From Escherichia coli (GTDB lineage Bacteria > Pseudomonadota > Gammaproteobacteria > Enterobacterales > Enterobacteriaceae): a stretch of DNA of 64,000 bases. Position 1 is the first letter of the stretch. The number at the start of each line of letters is the position of its first letter. Shown here piece by piece: positions 1 to 15,832 of this stretch. Position numbers and translations under genes: made by a program. The notes beneath the pieces were generated by a model. The model ran no database searches. It was not told the origin of the DNA and saw only the letters and a program-made list of their open reading frames with translations. The stretch lies in the NCBI RefSeq assembly GCF_044324785.1, contig NZ_CP172127.1; one strand, given 5' to 3'.

Positions 1-813
1 TGATCGATAAGCCAACCTGCTGCCAGTTTTACTGAACCATCCACCTGGGGGTAATTTGGTGCTGTTGGAAATTGAGCCAGTAATGCTTTAGCCGTTTCGG
101 CAGATACAACAGGGTTTTTGAAGAAACTACCGGCATTGCCATTCACTTTTGGATCAGGGAGTTTGGTGGTACGCATATGACACACCGCATTAAATACTTG
201 CTGTGGCGTTACTGTTGTAGGATCCAGTCGAGTTAAGTCACCATACGTTAGTACAGGTTGCCACTCTTTTGGCAGACGCAGACCTACGGCTACAATGGCG
301 AAGCGGTCCTGGTATTCATGTTTAAAAATACTGTCGCGATAGCCAAAACGGCACTCTTTGGCAGTTAAGCGCACCTGCTTGCCTGTCGCCAGTTCAACAC
401 AGTCAACATAAGCGCAAACTCGCTGTAATTCTACGCCATAAGCACCAATATTCTGGATAGGTGATGAGCCGACACAACCAGGAATTAATGCCAGATTTTC
501 CAGACCAGGCATACCTTCCTGCAAAGTGTATTTTACCAGGCGATGCCAGTTTTCTCCGGCTCCTACATGTAAATACCACGCATCAGGTTCATCATGAATT
601 TCGATACCTTTGATCCGGTTGATGATCACCGTGCCGCGATAGTCTTCCAGAAAAAGTACATTACTTCCTTCACCCAGAATAAGAACGGGTTGCCCTTCTG
701 CGGTTGCATGCTGCCAGGCATTGAGTAATTGTTGTTCGTCTTCGGCACATACAATGTGCTGAGCATTATGATCAATGCCAAATGTGTTCCAGGGTTTTAA
801 GGAGTGGTTCATA
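1..813 (-). CDS. murB: UDP-N-acetylenolpyruvoylglucosamine reductase MurB, partial (N-terminal ~271 codons; 3' end lies beyond window start)
   Basis: Reverse-strand translation from ATG at 811-813 reads [28 protein letters not shown]..., matching MurB; not listed in ORF track because it runs off the window edge. Confidence 0.9.
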
Positions 814-896
814 GCTGCTTTCCTGATGCAAAAACGAGGCTAGTTTACCGTATCTGTGGGGGGATGGCTTGTAGTTATGACGACAGGGAAAGTTTG

Positions 897-945
897 TAGA
901 AACGCAAAAAGGCCCAGTCTTCCGACCGGGCCTTCTGCTTAATTT
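897..945 (-). terminator. rrnB T2-like rho-independent terminator
   Basis: GC-rich hairpin (aaaaaggcccagtcttccgaccgggccttct on + strand) in the position of the classical rrnB T2 downstream of 5S rRNA. Confidence 0.7.
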
Positions 946-1062
946 GATGCCTGGCAGTTTATGGCGGGCGTCCTGCCCGCCACCCTCCGGGCCGTTGCTT
1001 CGCAACGTTCAAATCCGCTCCCGGCGGATTTGTCCTGGTTGGGAGAGCGTTCACCGACAAAC

Positions 1063-1113
1063 AACAGATAAAACGAAAGGCCCAGTCTTTCGACTGAGCC
1101 TTTCGTTTTATTT
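1063..1113 (-). terminator. rrnB T1 rho-independent terminator
   Basis: Reverse complement reads caaataaaacgaaaggctcagtcgaaagactgggcctttcgttttatctgttg, the classical rrnB T1 hairpin, immediately 3' of 5S rRNA. Confidence 0.85.
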
Positions 1114-1114
1114 G

Positions 1115-1234
1115 ATGCCTGGCAGTTCCCTACTCTCGCATGGGGAGACCCCACACTACCATCGGCGCTACGGCGTTTCACTTCTGAGTTCGGCATGGGG
1201 TCAGGTGGGACCACCGCGCTACGGCCGCCAGGCA
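1115..1234 (-). rRNA. rrfB: 5S ribosomal RNA
   Basis: 120 nt; reverse complement begins TGCCTGGCGGCCGTAGCGCGGTGG and ends ...GGGAACTGCCAGGCAT. Confidence 0.97.
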
Positions 1235-1328
1235 AATTCTGTTTCATCAGACCGCTTCTGCGTTCTGATTTAATCTGTATCAGGCTGAAAATCTTCTCTC
1301 AATCCGCCAAAACAGCTTCGGCGTTGTA

Positions 1329-4232
<2,904 letters not shown>

Positions 4233-4425
4233 TCACAACCCGAAGATGTTTCTTTCGATTCATCATCGTGTTGCAAAAATTTGAGAGACTCACGAACAAC
4301 TTTCGTTGTTCAGTGTTTCAATTTTCAGCTTGATCCAGATTTTTAAAGAGCAAATATCTCAAACATCACCCGAAGATGAGTTTTGAGATATCAAGGCAGG
4401 TGACTTTCACTCACAAACCAGCAAG

Positions 4426-4501
4426 TGGCGTCCCCTAGGGGATTCGAACCCCTGTTACCGCCGTGAAAGGGCGGTGTCCTGGGCCTCTAGACGAAGGGGA
4501 C
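4426..4501 (-). tRNA. gltT: tRNA-Glu (16S-23S spacer tRNA)
   Basis: Reverse complement GTCCCCTTCGTCTAGAGGCCCAGGACACCGCCCTTTCACGGCGGTAACAGGGGTTCGAATCCCCTAGGGGACGCCA, 76 nt with CCA end. Confidence 0.95.
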
Positions 4502-4586
4502 GTATCAGTCTGCTTCGCAAGACGCCTTGCTTTTCACTTTCTATCAGACAATCTGTGTGAGCACTACAAAGAACGCTTCTTTAAGG

Positions 4587-6128
<1,542 letters not shown>

Positions 6129-6291
6129 AAAAGTTTGATGCTCAAAGAATTAAACTTCGTAATGAATTACGTGTTCACTCTTGAGACTTGGTATTCATTT
6201 TTCGTCTTGCGACGTTAAGAATCCGTATCTTCGAGTGCCCACACAGATTGTCTGATAAATTGTTAAAGAGCAGTGCCGCTTCGCTTTTTCT

Positions 6292-6500
6292 CAGCGGCGC
6301 GGGGTGTGCATAATACGCCTTCCCGCTACAGAGTCAAGCATTTTTTTGCTTTTCTCTGTTGAGATTCTCAGGAGAACCCCGCTGACCCGGCGGCGTGTTT
6401 GCCGTTGTTCCGTGTCAGTGGTGGCGCATTATAGGGAGTTATTCCGGCCTGACAAGAGGAAATTTAAAATAATTTTCCGACCGCGCAACATTCAACCAAA
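6292..6500 (-). promoter_or_regulatory. rrnB tandem promoters P2 (about 6292-6337) and P1 (about 6415-6454) with upstream A/T-rich UP/Fis region
   Basis: Reverse complement contains TTGTCAGGCCGGAATAACTCCCTATAATGCGCCACCACTG (P1) and TTGACTCTGTAGCGGGAAGGCGTATTATGCACACC (P2); A/T tract aaatttaaaataatttt upstream of P1. Confidence 0.85.
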
Positions 6501-7358
6501 TCAGTCTAAAACTGCCAGTTTTTCGAGCGTTTCGAAGCCGTAACGCTGTAAAACGGGCAATAATTGTTCAGCTTCTGGCGTCATTGCCATACAAAAGGCA
6601 ATATTCGCATCGGCAGATTTTGCATCCGGGGCTTCATGTTCTAACAGCCAGGCCGTTCGGCGAGCAATCGCTGCGCCAGAATCCACCAGCCGGGTTCCCT
6701 CTGGCAGCACCTGTAACAGTTCTTCTTGTAGTAGAGGGAAATGGGTACACCCCAGTACAACGGTATCTGGCGGCTCTTTCATTCTTAACCACGGGCGTAG
6801 GATACGTTTTAGCGCATCCAGAGAAACATCTTCGCCATGCAGCTTCGCTTCAGCCAACTCAACCATCTCTGCCGAGCCCAGCATTTCTATCTGGCATTCA
6901 TTAGCGAAACGCGCGATCAGCTCATGAGTATAAGAACGTTTAACTGTTCCGCGGGTTGCCAGTAATCCGACAATGCCATTTGCCGTCAGACGTGCAGCAG
7001 GTTTAATCGCCGGCACGACACCAACAACCGGGAAGTCGAACTTTTCGCGTAATGCAGGAAGTGAAACGGTACTGGCAGTGTTGCAAGCAACCACAGCCAG
7101 CGCAAGGGGATAACGTTTTTGCACTGCGGTGACAATTGCCACCACTCGCTCAACAATAAACGCTTCGCTTTTTTCGCCATACGGGAAAGCGACGTTATCG
7201 AAAGCATAAATGTAATGGAGATCCGGTAAGAGATGCCGGATCTCGTCATAGACCGACAACCCACCGACGCCGGAGTCAAACACCAGCACGGTGGGACGTG
7301 GTTCAGAAGGTGTAGCTGCCAGACAAGGTGTATTCCCGTCCTGCAGTTTGGTAGCCAT
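6501..7358 (-). CDS. murI: glutamate racemase MurI
   Basis: Translation [37 protein letters not shown]...; start taken at conserved MATKLQ rather than the upstream in-frame Met of the ORF track. Confidence 0.93.
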   Translation of the reverse strand: MATKLQDGNTPCLAATPSEPRPTVLVFDSGVGGLSVYDEIRHLLPDLHYIYAFDNVAFPYGEKSEAFIVERVVAIVTAVQKRYPLALAVVACNTASTVSLPALREKFDFPVVGVVPAIKPAARLTANGIVGLLATRGTVKRSYTHELIARFANECQIEMLGSAEMVELAEAKLHGEDVSLDALKRILRPWLRMKEPPDTVVLGCTHFPLLQEELLQVLPEGTRLVDSGAAIARRTAWLLEHEAPDAKSADANIAFCMAMTPEAEQLLPVLQRYGFETLEKLAVLD

Positions 7359-9147
7359 AGACTGTCTCATAATCTTTGTCGAACAGGTTGGCTATTTTAC
7401 CACGAACTGTCAGGTGAGAGGTGACCGGATACGCAACCGCAAGATCCCACAAGCTCACACCGCCCATTTTAACGGTTTGATAAGGATAAGATGAGTAATC
7501 CTTATCATAGCGAGTGCCTAAATACTGATAAGTAATACCCCAGTCGAAGTCATACAACTGCCAGTCGAGCTGGTATTTCACCTGCTGTTTAGCACGGCGT
7601 AACAACGGCGTGTCGGTAATTGCATTGCGCGCATCGACATAATCATAACTCACAGTATGCGTCAGTGGTCCGGTATCAAAATTGGCGGTCGCCTCGACGC
7701 CCTTAATCCGCGCTTTCCCTTCGTTGTAATATTTCAGGGTGTGATCATCATAATCGATCAAGTCACTGACATCGTTACGATATCCGGAAATACGCCAGTT
7801 CACCCCAGCGGTTAAACCTTCAAACGCGCCTTCCCACTGTTTGCTTTTCTCAGGGTCCAGATTCGGATTTCCGTAGAAACCATACAGTTGTCCAAGATTT
7901 GGTGCCTTATAAGATGTCCCGTAGGAAGCAATGAAGCGATAACCTTCGATTAATTCCCAACCGATGCTGGTTTGCCAGGTTCCATGACGACCAAACTGTG
8001 AGTTATCGTCGCTGCGTGCTGCGCCTTCAAAGGTAAAATCGCCGACTTGTTGCAGCCCGGTCAGATAGATGCCGGTATTACGTTGATCATATCCATCCTC
8101 AACATAACCTGTACCCGGCGTCGTAGTCTGTTTCTGCCAGTCGACACCCGCACCAATACTACCGTGACCAACGATGACATTGTTTGCCCACTGGACGGTG
8201 TACTGCTTCATCTCATCCAGCGTCGCGGACGAATCATAACGACCATAATGGGGATCGTAGTTGTAATCTTTGCTATGGCTATAGCTGGTAATGAGTTGTG
8301 ATTTAATCAGTTCGCCGTTATAGCGCAGCCCGGCGTCCCAACTTTGGCTATAGAGTTTACGGGTATCGAGCAACGGTGAGCCGGGAGAATAATACGCGTC
8401 ATAATTGGTACGGTTATCATAGCCATAGCCGCGCACAAAGCCGCTCCAGGCATCAGTAAAGTTATGCTCCAGCGCGCCATAAAGCGTTTTACTTAAAAAA
8501 CCATCGTTATCTGTCTGCGCTTGCGTTCCGGTATTACCATAGGCAACAACATCATAACCATGAGTATGGGCATAATCGCCCAACAACGTTACTCGTGTCT
8601 TATCCCCCAGTTGTTGCTGCGTAGAGACATCATAGTTCTGATAACTATTGCTTCCCCACCCTGCTGAAATTTCCGTTCCGGGTTCATCGCGCGTCGTGAT
8701 GATATTCACCACCCCGCCTATTGCATCGGAACCATAAACGGCGGAGCGCGGCCCACGGATATATTCAACACGCTGGACAAGCGCAATAGGGAACTGGCTA
8801 AGGTCGGCAGAACCACTCACCCCCGCCAGATTCAGGCGTACGCCATCAATTAACACCAACACATGACTGGCATTTGTACCGCGAATAAAAATAGATGATA
8901 GCTGACCTGAACCGCCGTTTTGGGTGATATCCACGCCCGGAAGACGGCGCAGCACATCATTGACCGAGGTCGACTGCCAGCGGTCGATATCCTGACGCGT
9001 CACAATGGTGGTTGGTGCAAGCACAGTGCTGCGCGGCTGTTCAAAACGGTTAGCAGTAACGACGAGAGTATCCGGGCTGGTATCCTGTGCCCAAGCAGAA
9101 AAGGCTGTGACAGAACACGCCGTCAGCAGCGAAGCTTTTTTAATCAT
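7303..9147 (-). CDS. btuB: TonB-dependent vitamin B12/cobalamin outer membrane transporter BtuB
   Basis: Translation [37 protein letters not shown]... ending ...SGSYTF (TonB-dependent receptor C-terminal Phe); 3' end overlaps murI start by 56 bp. Confidence 0.95.
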   Translation of the reverse strand: MIKKASLLTACSVTAFSAWAQDTSPDTLVVTANRFEQPRSTVLAPTTIVTRQDIDRWQSTSVNDVLRRLPGVDITQNGGSGQLSSIFIRGTNASHVLVLIDGVRLNLAGVSGSADLSQFPIALVQRVEYIRGPRSAVYGSDAIGGVVNIITTRDEPGTEISAGWGSNSYQNYDVSTQQQLGDKTRVTLLGDYAHTHGYDVVAYGNTGTQAQTDNDGFLSKTLYGALEHNFTDAWSGFVRGYGYDNRTNYDAYYSPGSPLLDTRKLYSQSWDAGLRYNGELIKSQLITSYSHSKDYNYDPHYGRYDSSATLDEMKQYTVQWANNVIVGHGSIGAGVDWQKQTTTPGTGYVEDGYDQRNTGIYLTGLQQVGDFTFEGAARSDDNSQFGRHGTWQTSIGWELIEGYRFIASYGTSYKAPNLGQLYGFYGNPNLDPEKSKQWEGAFEGLTAGVNWRISGYRNDVSDLIDYDDHTLKYYNEGKARIKGVEATANFDTGPLTHTVSYDYVDARNAITDTPLLRRAKQQVKYQLDWQLYDFDWGITYQYLGTRYDKDYSSYPYQTVKMGGVSLWDLAVAYPVTSHLTVRGKIANLFDKDYETVYGYQTAGREYTLSGSYTF

Positions 9148-9199
9148 TGTAAAGCATCCACAATAGAAGAAGGATGCCGCAGGTTTCATCAATATTACG

Positions 9200-9395
9200 C
9201 GATGATGAGAACCAGATGCGACGTTGGCCGGCAGGTCTTCGGGCTTGGAGGGGTATCTAAGATACTAAGAGATGATGACTTCCCACCGGATGGCAGTGTC
9301 CGCATAACGCAATCATCGCACCTTTCCTTACCGCTGCGCGTCAGCTCCAGATTCGCACTGGATTCCCTATTAACTCACAGGACCGGCAAGTGGAT
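9200..9395 (-). promoter_or_regulatory. cobalamin (B12) riboswitch in btuB 5' leader
   Basis: Reverse complement reads GCCGGTCCTGTGAGTTAATAGGGAATCCAGTGCGAATCTGGAGCTGACGCGCAGCGGTAAGGAAAGGTGCGATGATTGCG..., the btuB leader carrying the B12 element; boundaries approximate. Confidence 0.75.
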
Positions 9396-9515
9396 GCTAC
9401 AGGTTGTAACAAGTTACTGTCCAGACGTAGCTCACAAATAGGAATTCATCAAGATCTGGACATCTGATGAGCAATCCCTACAATCGCCGCGTACTTTAAT
9501 TTTTCAGGATACATC

Positions 9516-10616
9516 ATGACCCCCGAACACCTTCCAACAGAACAGTATGAAGCGCAGTTAGCCGAAAAAGTGGTACGTTTGCAAAGTATGATGGCACCGT
9601 TTTCTGACCTGGTTCCGGAAGTGTTTCGCTCGCCGGTCAGTCATTACCGGATGCGTGCGGAGTTCCGCATCTGGCACGATGGCGATGACCTGTACCACAT
9701 CATTTTCGATCAACAAACCAAAAGCCGCATCCGCGTGGATAGCTTCCCCGCCGCCAGTGAACTTATCAACCAGTTGATGAGCGCGATGATTGCGGGTGTG
9801 CGTAATAATCCCGTTCTGCGCCACAAGCTGTTCCAGATTGATTACCTCACCACGCTGAGCAATCAGGCGGTCGTTTCTCTGCTGTACCATAAAAAGCTGG
9901 ATGATGAGTGGCGTCAGCAGGCGGAAGCCCTGCGCGATGCACTGCGCGCGCAGAATCTGAATGTGCATCTGATTGGTCGGGCAACGAAAACCAAAATCGA
10001 GCTGGATCAAGATTACATCGACGAACGTCTGCCGGTCGCAGGGAAAGAGATGATCTACCGTCAGGTAGAAAACAGCTTTACCCAGCCGAACGCGGCGATG
10101 AATATTCAGATGCTGGAATGGGCGCTGGACGTAACCAAAGGCTCAAAAGGCGATTTACTGGAGCTGTACTGCGGCAACGGTAACTTCTCATTAGCCCTGG
10201 CGCGCAATTTTGATCGGGTATTAGCCACCGAAATCGCCAAGCCTTCGGTCGCTGCCGCGCAATACAACATTGCCGCTAACCATATTGATAACGTCCAAAT
10301 TATTCGTATGGCGGCAGAAGAATTTACTCAGGCGATGAATGGTGTACGCGAGTTTAATCGCCTGCAAGGGATCGACTTGAAGAGTTATCAGTGCGAAACC
10401 ATTTTTGTCGACCCACCGCGCAGCGGTCTGGACAGTGAAACCGAGAAAATGGTGCAGGCGTATCCGCGTATTCTGTATATCTCCTGCAATCCGGAAACGT
10501 TATGCAAGAATCTGGAAACATTAAGCCAGACGCACAAGGTTGAACGTCTGGCTCTGTTTGATCAGTTCCCCTACACGCACCATATGGAGTGCGGCGTATT
10601 ACTGACCGCGAAGTAA
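9516..10616 (+). CDS. trmA: tRNA (uracil54-C5)-methyltransferase TrmA
   Basis: 366 aa; [19 protein letters not shown]..., SAM-dependent methyltransferase motifs, C-terminal ...[11 protein letters not shown]. Confidence 0.93.
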   Translation: MTPEHLPTEQYEAQLAEKVVRLQSMMAPFSDLVPEVFRSPVSHYRMRAEFRIWHDGDDLYHIIFDQQTKSRIRVDSFPAASELINQLMSAMIAGVRNNPVLRHKLFQIDYLTTLSNQAVVSLLYHKKLDDEWRQQAEALRDALRAQNLNVHLIGRATKTKIELDQDYIDERLPVAGKEMIYRQVENSFTQPNAAMNIQMLEWALDVTKGSKGDLLELYCGNGNFSLALARNFDRVLATEIAKPSVAAAQYNIAANHIDNVQIIRMAAEEFTQAMNGVREFNRLQGIDLKSYQCETIFVDPPRSGLDSETEKMVQAYPRILYISCNPETLCKNLETLSQTHKVERLALFDQFPYTHHMECGVLLTAK

Positions 10617-10620
10617 AATC

Positions 10621-10646
10621 TATGCCGGATGCGCCAGCATCCGGCA
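10621..10646. terminator. bidirectional hairpin terminator between convergent trmA and yijD
   Basis: Perfect palindrome gccggatgcGCCAGcatccggc between the two stop codons. Confidence 0.6.
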
Positions 10647-10655
10647 TGATACCGA

Positions 10656-11015
10656 TTACTCAGCAACTTCCTGCTTACGGTTACGCATCTTCGCGCCAAT
10701 CCAGAACACCATAATGACGGACAGTACTGCCGGGAAGAAGTTAGAGCCGATATCCGGATATTCCGCACGAACTACCGTGCTGTACAGCAGTACGCCGAGA
10801 ATAAAACAGGCAGCTGCCAGACCCGGCAAGCCTACCGGCATAGTGCGATTAAGATAACGTTGATGCAGGCAGTAAACCGTCAGCACCAGGGAAATAATCG
10901 GGAATACAGAAAATGGCACAATGGAGCTAAACAGCGCTGCGAAAGTACCATTAATCGATAAGCCAGCCACCAGCGCCAGCAGCAGCGTACCTCTATCTTG
11001 ATTTGCTTGTTTCAT
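10656..11015 (-). CDS. yijD: small inner membrane protein YijD
   Basis: 119 aa, hydrophobic, conserved position downstream of fabR. Confidence 0.85.
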
Positions 11016-11662
11016 TACTCGTCCTTCACATTTCCCGGAATAATTGCGGATTTCTCTTGTTCACGGCGATACCAGTAATAAGCCCCTTTCGAAATCATTC
11101 GCAGTTGCAGTACCAGTCGCTCTTCTAATTGCCGACGTTGTTCGACGCCGACGTCCAACGCCTCGGCACCCGCACTGAAGACAATCGTCACCATGGCTTC
11201 GGCTTGCGCTTCAGTAAACGCACGCGGCATATGGTTTTCGAGTTCCAGATAGTCCGCAAGTTCCGCAATGAAGTGCTGAATTTCACGCGCAACGGCGGCA
11301 CGAAACGCAGCGGAGGTGCCGGAGCGTTCCCGCAATAATAACCGGAAGGCGTTAGGATTATTACCGATGAACTCCATAAATGTGGAGACCGAGGTACGGA
11401 TCACACTCCCGCCTTTGGCGATACGCTGACGCGCCTGGCGCATGAGTTGGCGTAGCATTAAACCGCTCTCATCAACCATGGTCAGACCCAGTTCGTCTAC
11501 GTCGCGGAAATGCCGATAAAAAGAGGTGGGAGCAATGCCCGCTTCACGCGCCACTTCACGCAAACTCAGGCTGGCGAAGCTGCGTTCAGCACTTAATTGG
11601 CTAAATGCGGCTTCCACCAGCGAACGGCGGGTTTTTTCTTTTTGTTGCGCTCTTACGCCCAT
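11015..11662 (-). CDS. fabR: TetR-family repressor of unsaturated fatty acid biosynthesis FabR
   Basis: Translation from [29 protein letters not shown]... with TetR-type HTH; upstream in-frame extension in ORF track rejected. Confidence 0.88.
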
Positions 11663-11996
11663 CACGATGTCTGAATCCTTGCCAAAAGTACTGCTGGCAC
11701 TATACCAGAGAATGAACATACTGGATTGCTCCAGTGTTGTGAATGAACGGTAACGCAATAAAACATATTTACTGCAATTCTTTGGCCGGTTCTTTTACGT
11801 ACAACGGAAACCTGCCGCTTAAACGGAGAGTATCGTCGATAAAAATCCAATAAAACGTTCAGGTCAAAAGTAAGAAACAGACAAAGCAAAGGCCGCTCAC
11901 GCTATAGCCAGATAAATGACGGGGATCAATTGGCTTACCCGCGATAAAATGTTACCATTCTGTTGCTTTTATGTATAAGAACAGGTAAGCCCTACC

Positions 11997-13397
11997 ATGC
12001 CACATTCCTACGATTACGATGCCATAGTAATAGGTTCCGGCCCCGGCGGCGAAGGCGCTGCAATGGGCCTGGTTAAGCAAGGTGCGCGCGTCGCAGTTAT
12101 CGAGCGTTATCAAAATGTTGGCGGCGGTTGCACCCACTGGGGTACCATCCCGTCGAAAGCTCTCCGTCACGCCGTCAGCCGCATTATAGAATTTAATCAA
12201 AACCCACTTTACAGCGACCATTCGCGACTGCTCCGCTCTTCTTTTGCCGATATCCTTAACCATGCCGATAACGTGATTAATCAACAAACGCGCATGCGTC
12301 AGGGATTTTACGAACGTAATCACTGTGAAATATTGCAGGGAAACGCTCGCTTTGTTGACGAGCATACGCTGGCGCTGGATTGCCCGGACGGCAGCGTCGA
12401 AACACTAACCGCTGAAAAATTTGTTATTGCCTGTGGCTCTCGTCCATATCATCCAACAGATGTTGATTTCACCCATCCACGCATTTACGACAGCGACTCA
12501 ATTCTTAGCATGCACCACGAACCGCGCCATGTGCTGATTTACGGTGCTGGAGTGATCGGCTGTGAATATGCGTCGATCTTCCGCGGTATGGATGTAAAAG
12601 TGGATCTGATCAATACCCGCGATCGCCTGCTGGCATTTCTCGATCAAGAGATGTCAGATTCTCTCTCCTATCACTTCTGGAACAGTGGTGTAGTGATTCG
12701 TCACAACGAAGAGTACGAGAAGATCGAAGGCTGTGACGACGGTGTGATCATGCATCTGAAGTCGGGTAAAAAACTGAAAGCTGACTGCCTGCTCTATGCC
12801 AACGGTCGTACCGGTAATACCGATTCGCTGGCGTTACAGAACATTGGGCTGGAAACTGACAGTCGCGGACAGCTGAAGGTCAACAGCATGTATCAGACCG
12901 CACAGCCGCACGTTTACGCGGTGGGCGACGTGATTGGTTATCCGAGCCTGGCGTCGGCGGCCTATGACCAGGGGCGCATTGCCGCGCAGGCGCTGGTGAA
13001 AGGTGAAGCCACCGCTCATCTGATTGAAGATATCCCTACCGGCATTTACACCATCCCGGAAATCAGCTCTGTGGGCAAAACCGAACAGCAGCTGACCGCG
13101 ATGAAAGTGCCATATGAAGTGGGCCGCGCCCAGTTTAAACATCTGGCACGCGCACAAATCGTCGGCATGAACGTGGGCACGCTGAAAATTTTGTTCCATC
13201 GGGAAACGAAAGAGATTCTGGGTATTCACTGCTTTGGTGAGCGCGCTGCCGAAATTATTCATATCGGTCAGGCGATTATGGAACAGAAAGGTGGCGGCAA
13301 CACTATTGAGTACTTCGTCAACACCACCTTTAACTACCCGACGATGGCGGAAGCCTATCGGGTAGCTGCGTTAAACGGTTTAAACCGCCTTTTTTAA
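11997..13397 (+). CDS. sthA: soluble pyridine nucleotide transhydrogenase SthA (UdhA)
   Basis: 466 aa; [24 protein letters not shown] (FAD GxGxxG), pyridine nucleotide-disulfide oxidoreductase family. Confidence 0.93.
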
Positions 13398-14297
13398 CAC
13401 TTTATCGAAATGGCCATCCATTCTTGCGCGGATGGCCTCTGCCAGCTGCTCATAGCGGCTGCGCAGCGGTGAGCCAGGACGATAAACCAGCCCAATAGTG
13501 CGGCGTGGTTCCGGCTTAATGCACGGCAGATAAACAACCCCATCGCGTTTGCGCTCCGGCGGCACAGCCAGCGCTGGCAATAAAGTGATCCCGCTACCTG
13601 CCGCCACCATGTTGCGCAGCGTCTCCAGGCTGGTCGCGCGGAAGTGTGTATCTTCATCTGCCCCGGCTTCAAAGCAGAAACCCATTGCCTGATCGCGCAA
13701 ACAGTGACCGTCTTCCAGCATCAGCAGTTTTTCCCCTGCCAGATCGGCCATCGGTACGCATTCGCGGTTCGCCCACGGGTGATCTTCATAGATAGCCAGC
13801 AACATTGGCTCATCAAACAACGGCACTTCAATGAATGCTTCGCTCTCTTTCACCAGCGCGAGGATCACGCAATCGAGTTTGCCGCTGTCCAGTTGCGCCA
13901 GTAACTGGTGGGTCTGTGCTTCATGCAGATACATTTCCAGCTTTGGAAAGGTCTGGTGCAGCATCGGGATAATATGCGGTAGCAGGTACGGCCCGACCGT
14001 GGGAATCAAACCAATATGCAGCGGCCCGGACATGGTCTCACCCTGCTGGCTTGCCATCTCTTTAAGGACTTTCACCTCACGCAGCACGGTACGCGCCTGA
14101 TCCACCAGCAGCATTCCCGCCTGGGTGAACAACACTTTACGGCTGGTCCGCTCCAGCAACATCACGCCCAGCTCATCTTCCAGCTTACGAATTTGCCCGC
14201 TAAGCGTCGGCTGGCTAACGTGGCAGGAGTCTGCCGCACGCCGAAAATGGCGGTGTTCAGCCAATGCCACCAGGTACTCAAGATCACGAATATTCAT
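13380..14297 (-). CDS. oxyR: LysR-family hydrogen peroxide-responsive regulator OxyR
   Basis: Translation [44 protein letters not shown]...; start at conserved MNIRDL; 3' end overlaps convergent sthA by 18 bp. Confidence 0.95.
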   Translation of the reverse strand: MNIRDLEYLVALAEHRHFRRAADSCHVSQPTLSGQIRKLEDELGVMLLERTSRKVLFTQAGMLLVDQARTVLREVKVLKEMASQQGETMSGPLHIGLIPTVGPYLLPHIIPMLHQTFPKLEMYLHEAQTHQLLAQLDSGKLDCVILALVKESEAFIEVPLFDEPMLLAIYEDHPWANRECVPMADLAGEKLLMLEDGHCLRDQAMGFCFEAGADEDTHFRATSLETLRNMVAAGSGITLLPALAVPPERKRDGVVYLPCIKPEPRRTIGLVYRPGSPLRSRYEQLAEAIRARMDGHFDKVLKKAV

Positions 14298-14396
14298 TAT
14301 CCATCCTCCATCGCCACGATAGTTCATGGCGATAGGTAGCATAGCAATGAACGATTATCCCTATCAAGCATTCTGACTGATAATTGCTCACAGAAA

Positions 14397-14506
14397 CGGA
14401 GCGGCACCTCTTTTAACCCTTGAAGTCACTGCCCGTTTCGAGAGTTTCTCAACTCGAATAACTAAAGCCAACGTGAACTTTTGCGGATCTCCAGGATCCG
14501 CTTTTT
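14397..14506 (+). ncRNA. oxyS: OxyS small regulatory RNA, divergent from oxyR
   Basis: Sequence GAAACGGAGCGGCACCTCTTTTAACCCTTGAAGTCACTGCCCGTTTCGAGAGTTTCTCAACTCGAATAACTAAAGCCAACGTGAACTTTTGCGGATCTCCAGGATCCGCTTTTTTTT, including the terminator hairpin GCGGATC/GATCCGC and U tract. Confidence 0.93.
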
Positions 14507-14548
14507 TTTATTCTACAGGCCCACAGCAAGAGAGCCTGATAGTAACAG

Positions 14549-15832
14549 TTACTCAATCCGATCTTTGACAATAAAGAAGTAACACAGCGCCCCGGTGAAC
14601 GTCACACAGGCCGCGATAACCAGCGCCAGATTAAACGAGTGCGTGGTATCCACTACCCAACCGGTTACGATCGGAGCAAAGGAAGCAAAAACAAAACTGC
14701 CAAAGTTTTGAATCCCGGCGATGGAAGCCACTTTTGTTTCTGACACCATCACCTGCACCAGTCCCCATGCAGATGTTCCCGCGAAATGCACGCAGAACAG
14801 CGCCATTGAGATAAACGCTACCGCCTGGGCTGGCGAGGAGGATTGCACGACCAGCAACGTGCCTAATGCCGACATCATCAAACCGCAGACAATAGCCGTT
14901 TTACGCGTCTTCGCCAGGTCGTAGCCTTTTTTCGCCAGCCGATCGACAACAATACCGTTAACCCACATCCCAACCGCCGCCGCGAGGAAAGGAATCGCCG
15001 CCACCCAACCGGTTTTCGCCAGACTGAAACCTTGTTCGGCCTGCAAATAACCGGGCAACCACGCGATGTAGAGCCAGCCTGTATAGTTGACGCCAGAGAA
15101 ACCTAAAATCATCCCCCAGGTTGTCCGATGCTTAAACAGCGCCAGCCACTCGCTAAATTGTAATTGTGGACGCGGTTTAACCGGCGCGGAGAGATAGGTC
15201 CGTTCTTCGTCGGTCAGGACAAACTGCGCCCGGTTGCGATACCACGCGTACCAACAGATCCCAACCAGAATCCCCGCCACGCCGATGATGACGAACATTG
15301 CCCGCCAGCCCCATGCCAGCTGCATCAATACAAGAGCAGGAGGCGCAATAGCCTGACCGATAACGGTAGATGAGTTAAAAATCCCCAGCGCCGTGCCGCG
15401 TTCTTTTTGCGCATACCAGTCGGTGATCGACTTTACTCCCGCAGGCATAAATGGCGCTTCGCCAATACTCAAACCAATACGCATTAAAATAAAGTGGCTA
15501 AAAGAATTAACCATTCCTGTTAATGCCTGCATTAATGACCAGAATATTAAGCCTGCGCCTAAAACTATTCGTGGGCCAAAGCGGTCTAGCAAAATACCGG
15601 AAGGGAGTTGTGAAAAACCATAAGACAGAGAAAAGGCAGAAAGCAAAACGCCAAATTCTGTCGCCGATAATCCTAACTCGCCACGAATCGCTTCGCCTGC
15701 CACGCTCAATGACGAACGGTCGAGGAAATTAACGATCCCCGCCATAAATAATAAAACCAGGGTCACTGTCTGAATACGACGAATCCGTTGCGGTTTATTA
15801 CCCGCAACACTGGTTGACACATCAACGTCCAT
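14549..15832 (-). CDS. MFS transporter, anion:cation symporter type (aldonate/hexuronate transporter-like)
   Basis: 427 aa, 12 predicted TM segments, N-terminal motif GIVNFLDRSSLSVAG typical of DgoT/ExuT/GudP-like MFS sugar-acid permeases; immediately downstream of the dehydratase gene. Confidence 0.8.
   Translation of the reverse strand: MDVDVSTSVAGNKPQRIRRIQTVTLVLLFMAGIVNFLDRSSLSVAGEAIRGELGLSATEFGVLLSAFSLSYGFSQLPSGILLDRFGPRIVLGAGLIFWSLMQALTGMVNSFSHFILMRIGLSIGEAPFMPAGVKSITDWYAQKERGTALGIFNSSTVIGQAIAPPALVLMQLAWGWRAMFVIIGVAGILVGICWYAWYRNRAQFVLTDEERTYLSAPVKPRPQLQFSEWLALFKHRTTWGMILGFSGVNYTGWLYIAWLPGYLQAEQGFSLAKTGWVAAIPFLAAAVGMWVNGIVVDRLAKKGYDLAKTRKTAIVCGLMMSALGTLLVVQSSSPAQAVAFISMALFCVHFAGTSAWGLVQVMVSETKVASIAGIQNFGSFVFASFAPIVTGWVVDTTHSFNLALVIAACVTFTGALCYFFIVKDRIE

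Noticed and set aside
9558-10010. 150-aa antisense ORF inside trmA, and similar antisense ORFs inside ppc (32976..33467), katG (50860..51342), metL and pflD
   Set aside because: Fully embedded antisense to well-supported conserved genes; typical spurious ORFs of GC-rich coding DNA.
13380-14342. Longer N-terminal versions of oxyR (320 aa), and likewise of murI, btuB, fabR, argB, argE, eptC, pflC, gldA, yijE, katG, metB and metJ, as given in the ORF track
   Set aside because: The ORF track starts at the first in-frame Met after a stop; the conserved protein N-termini begin at internal Met codons, so the shorter coordinates were used.
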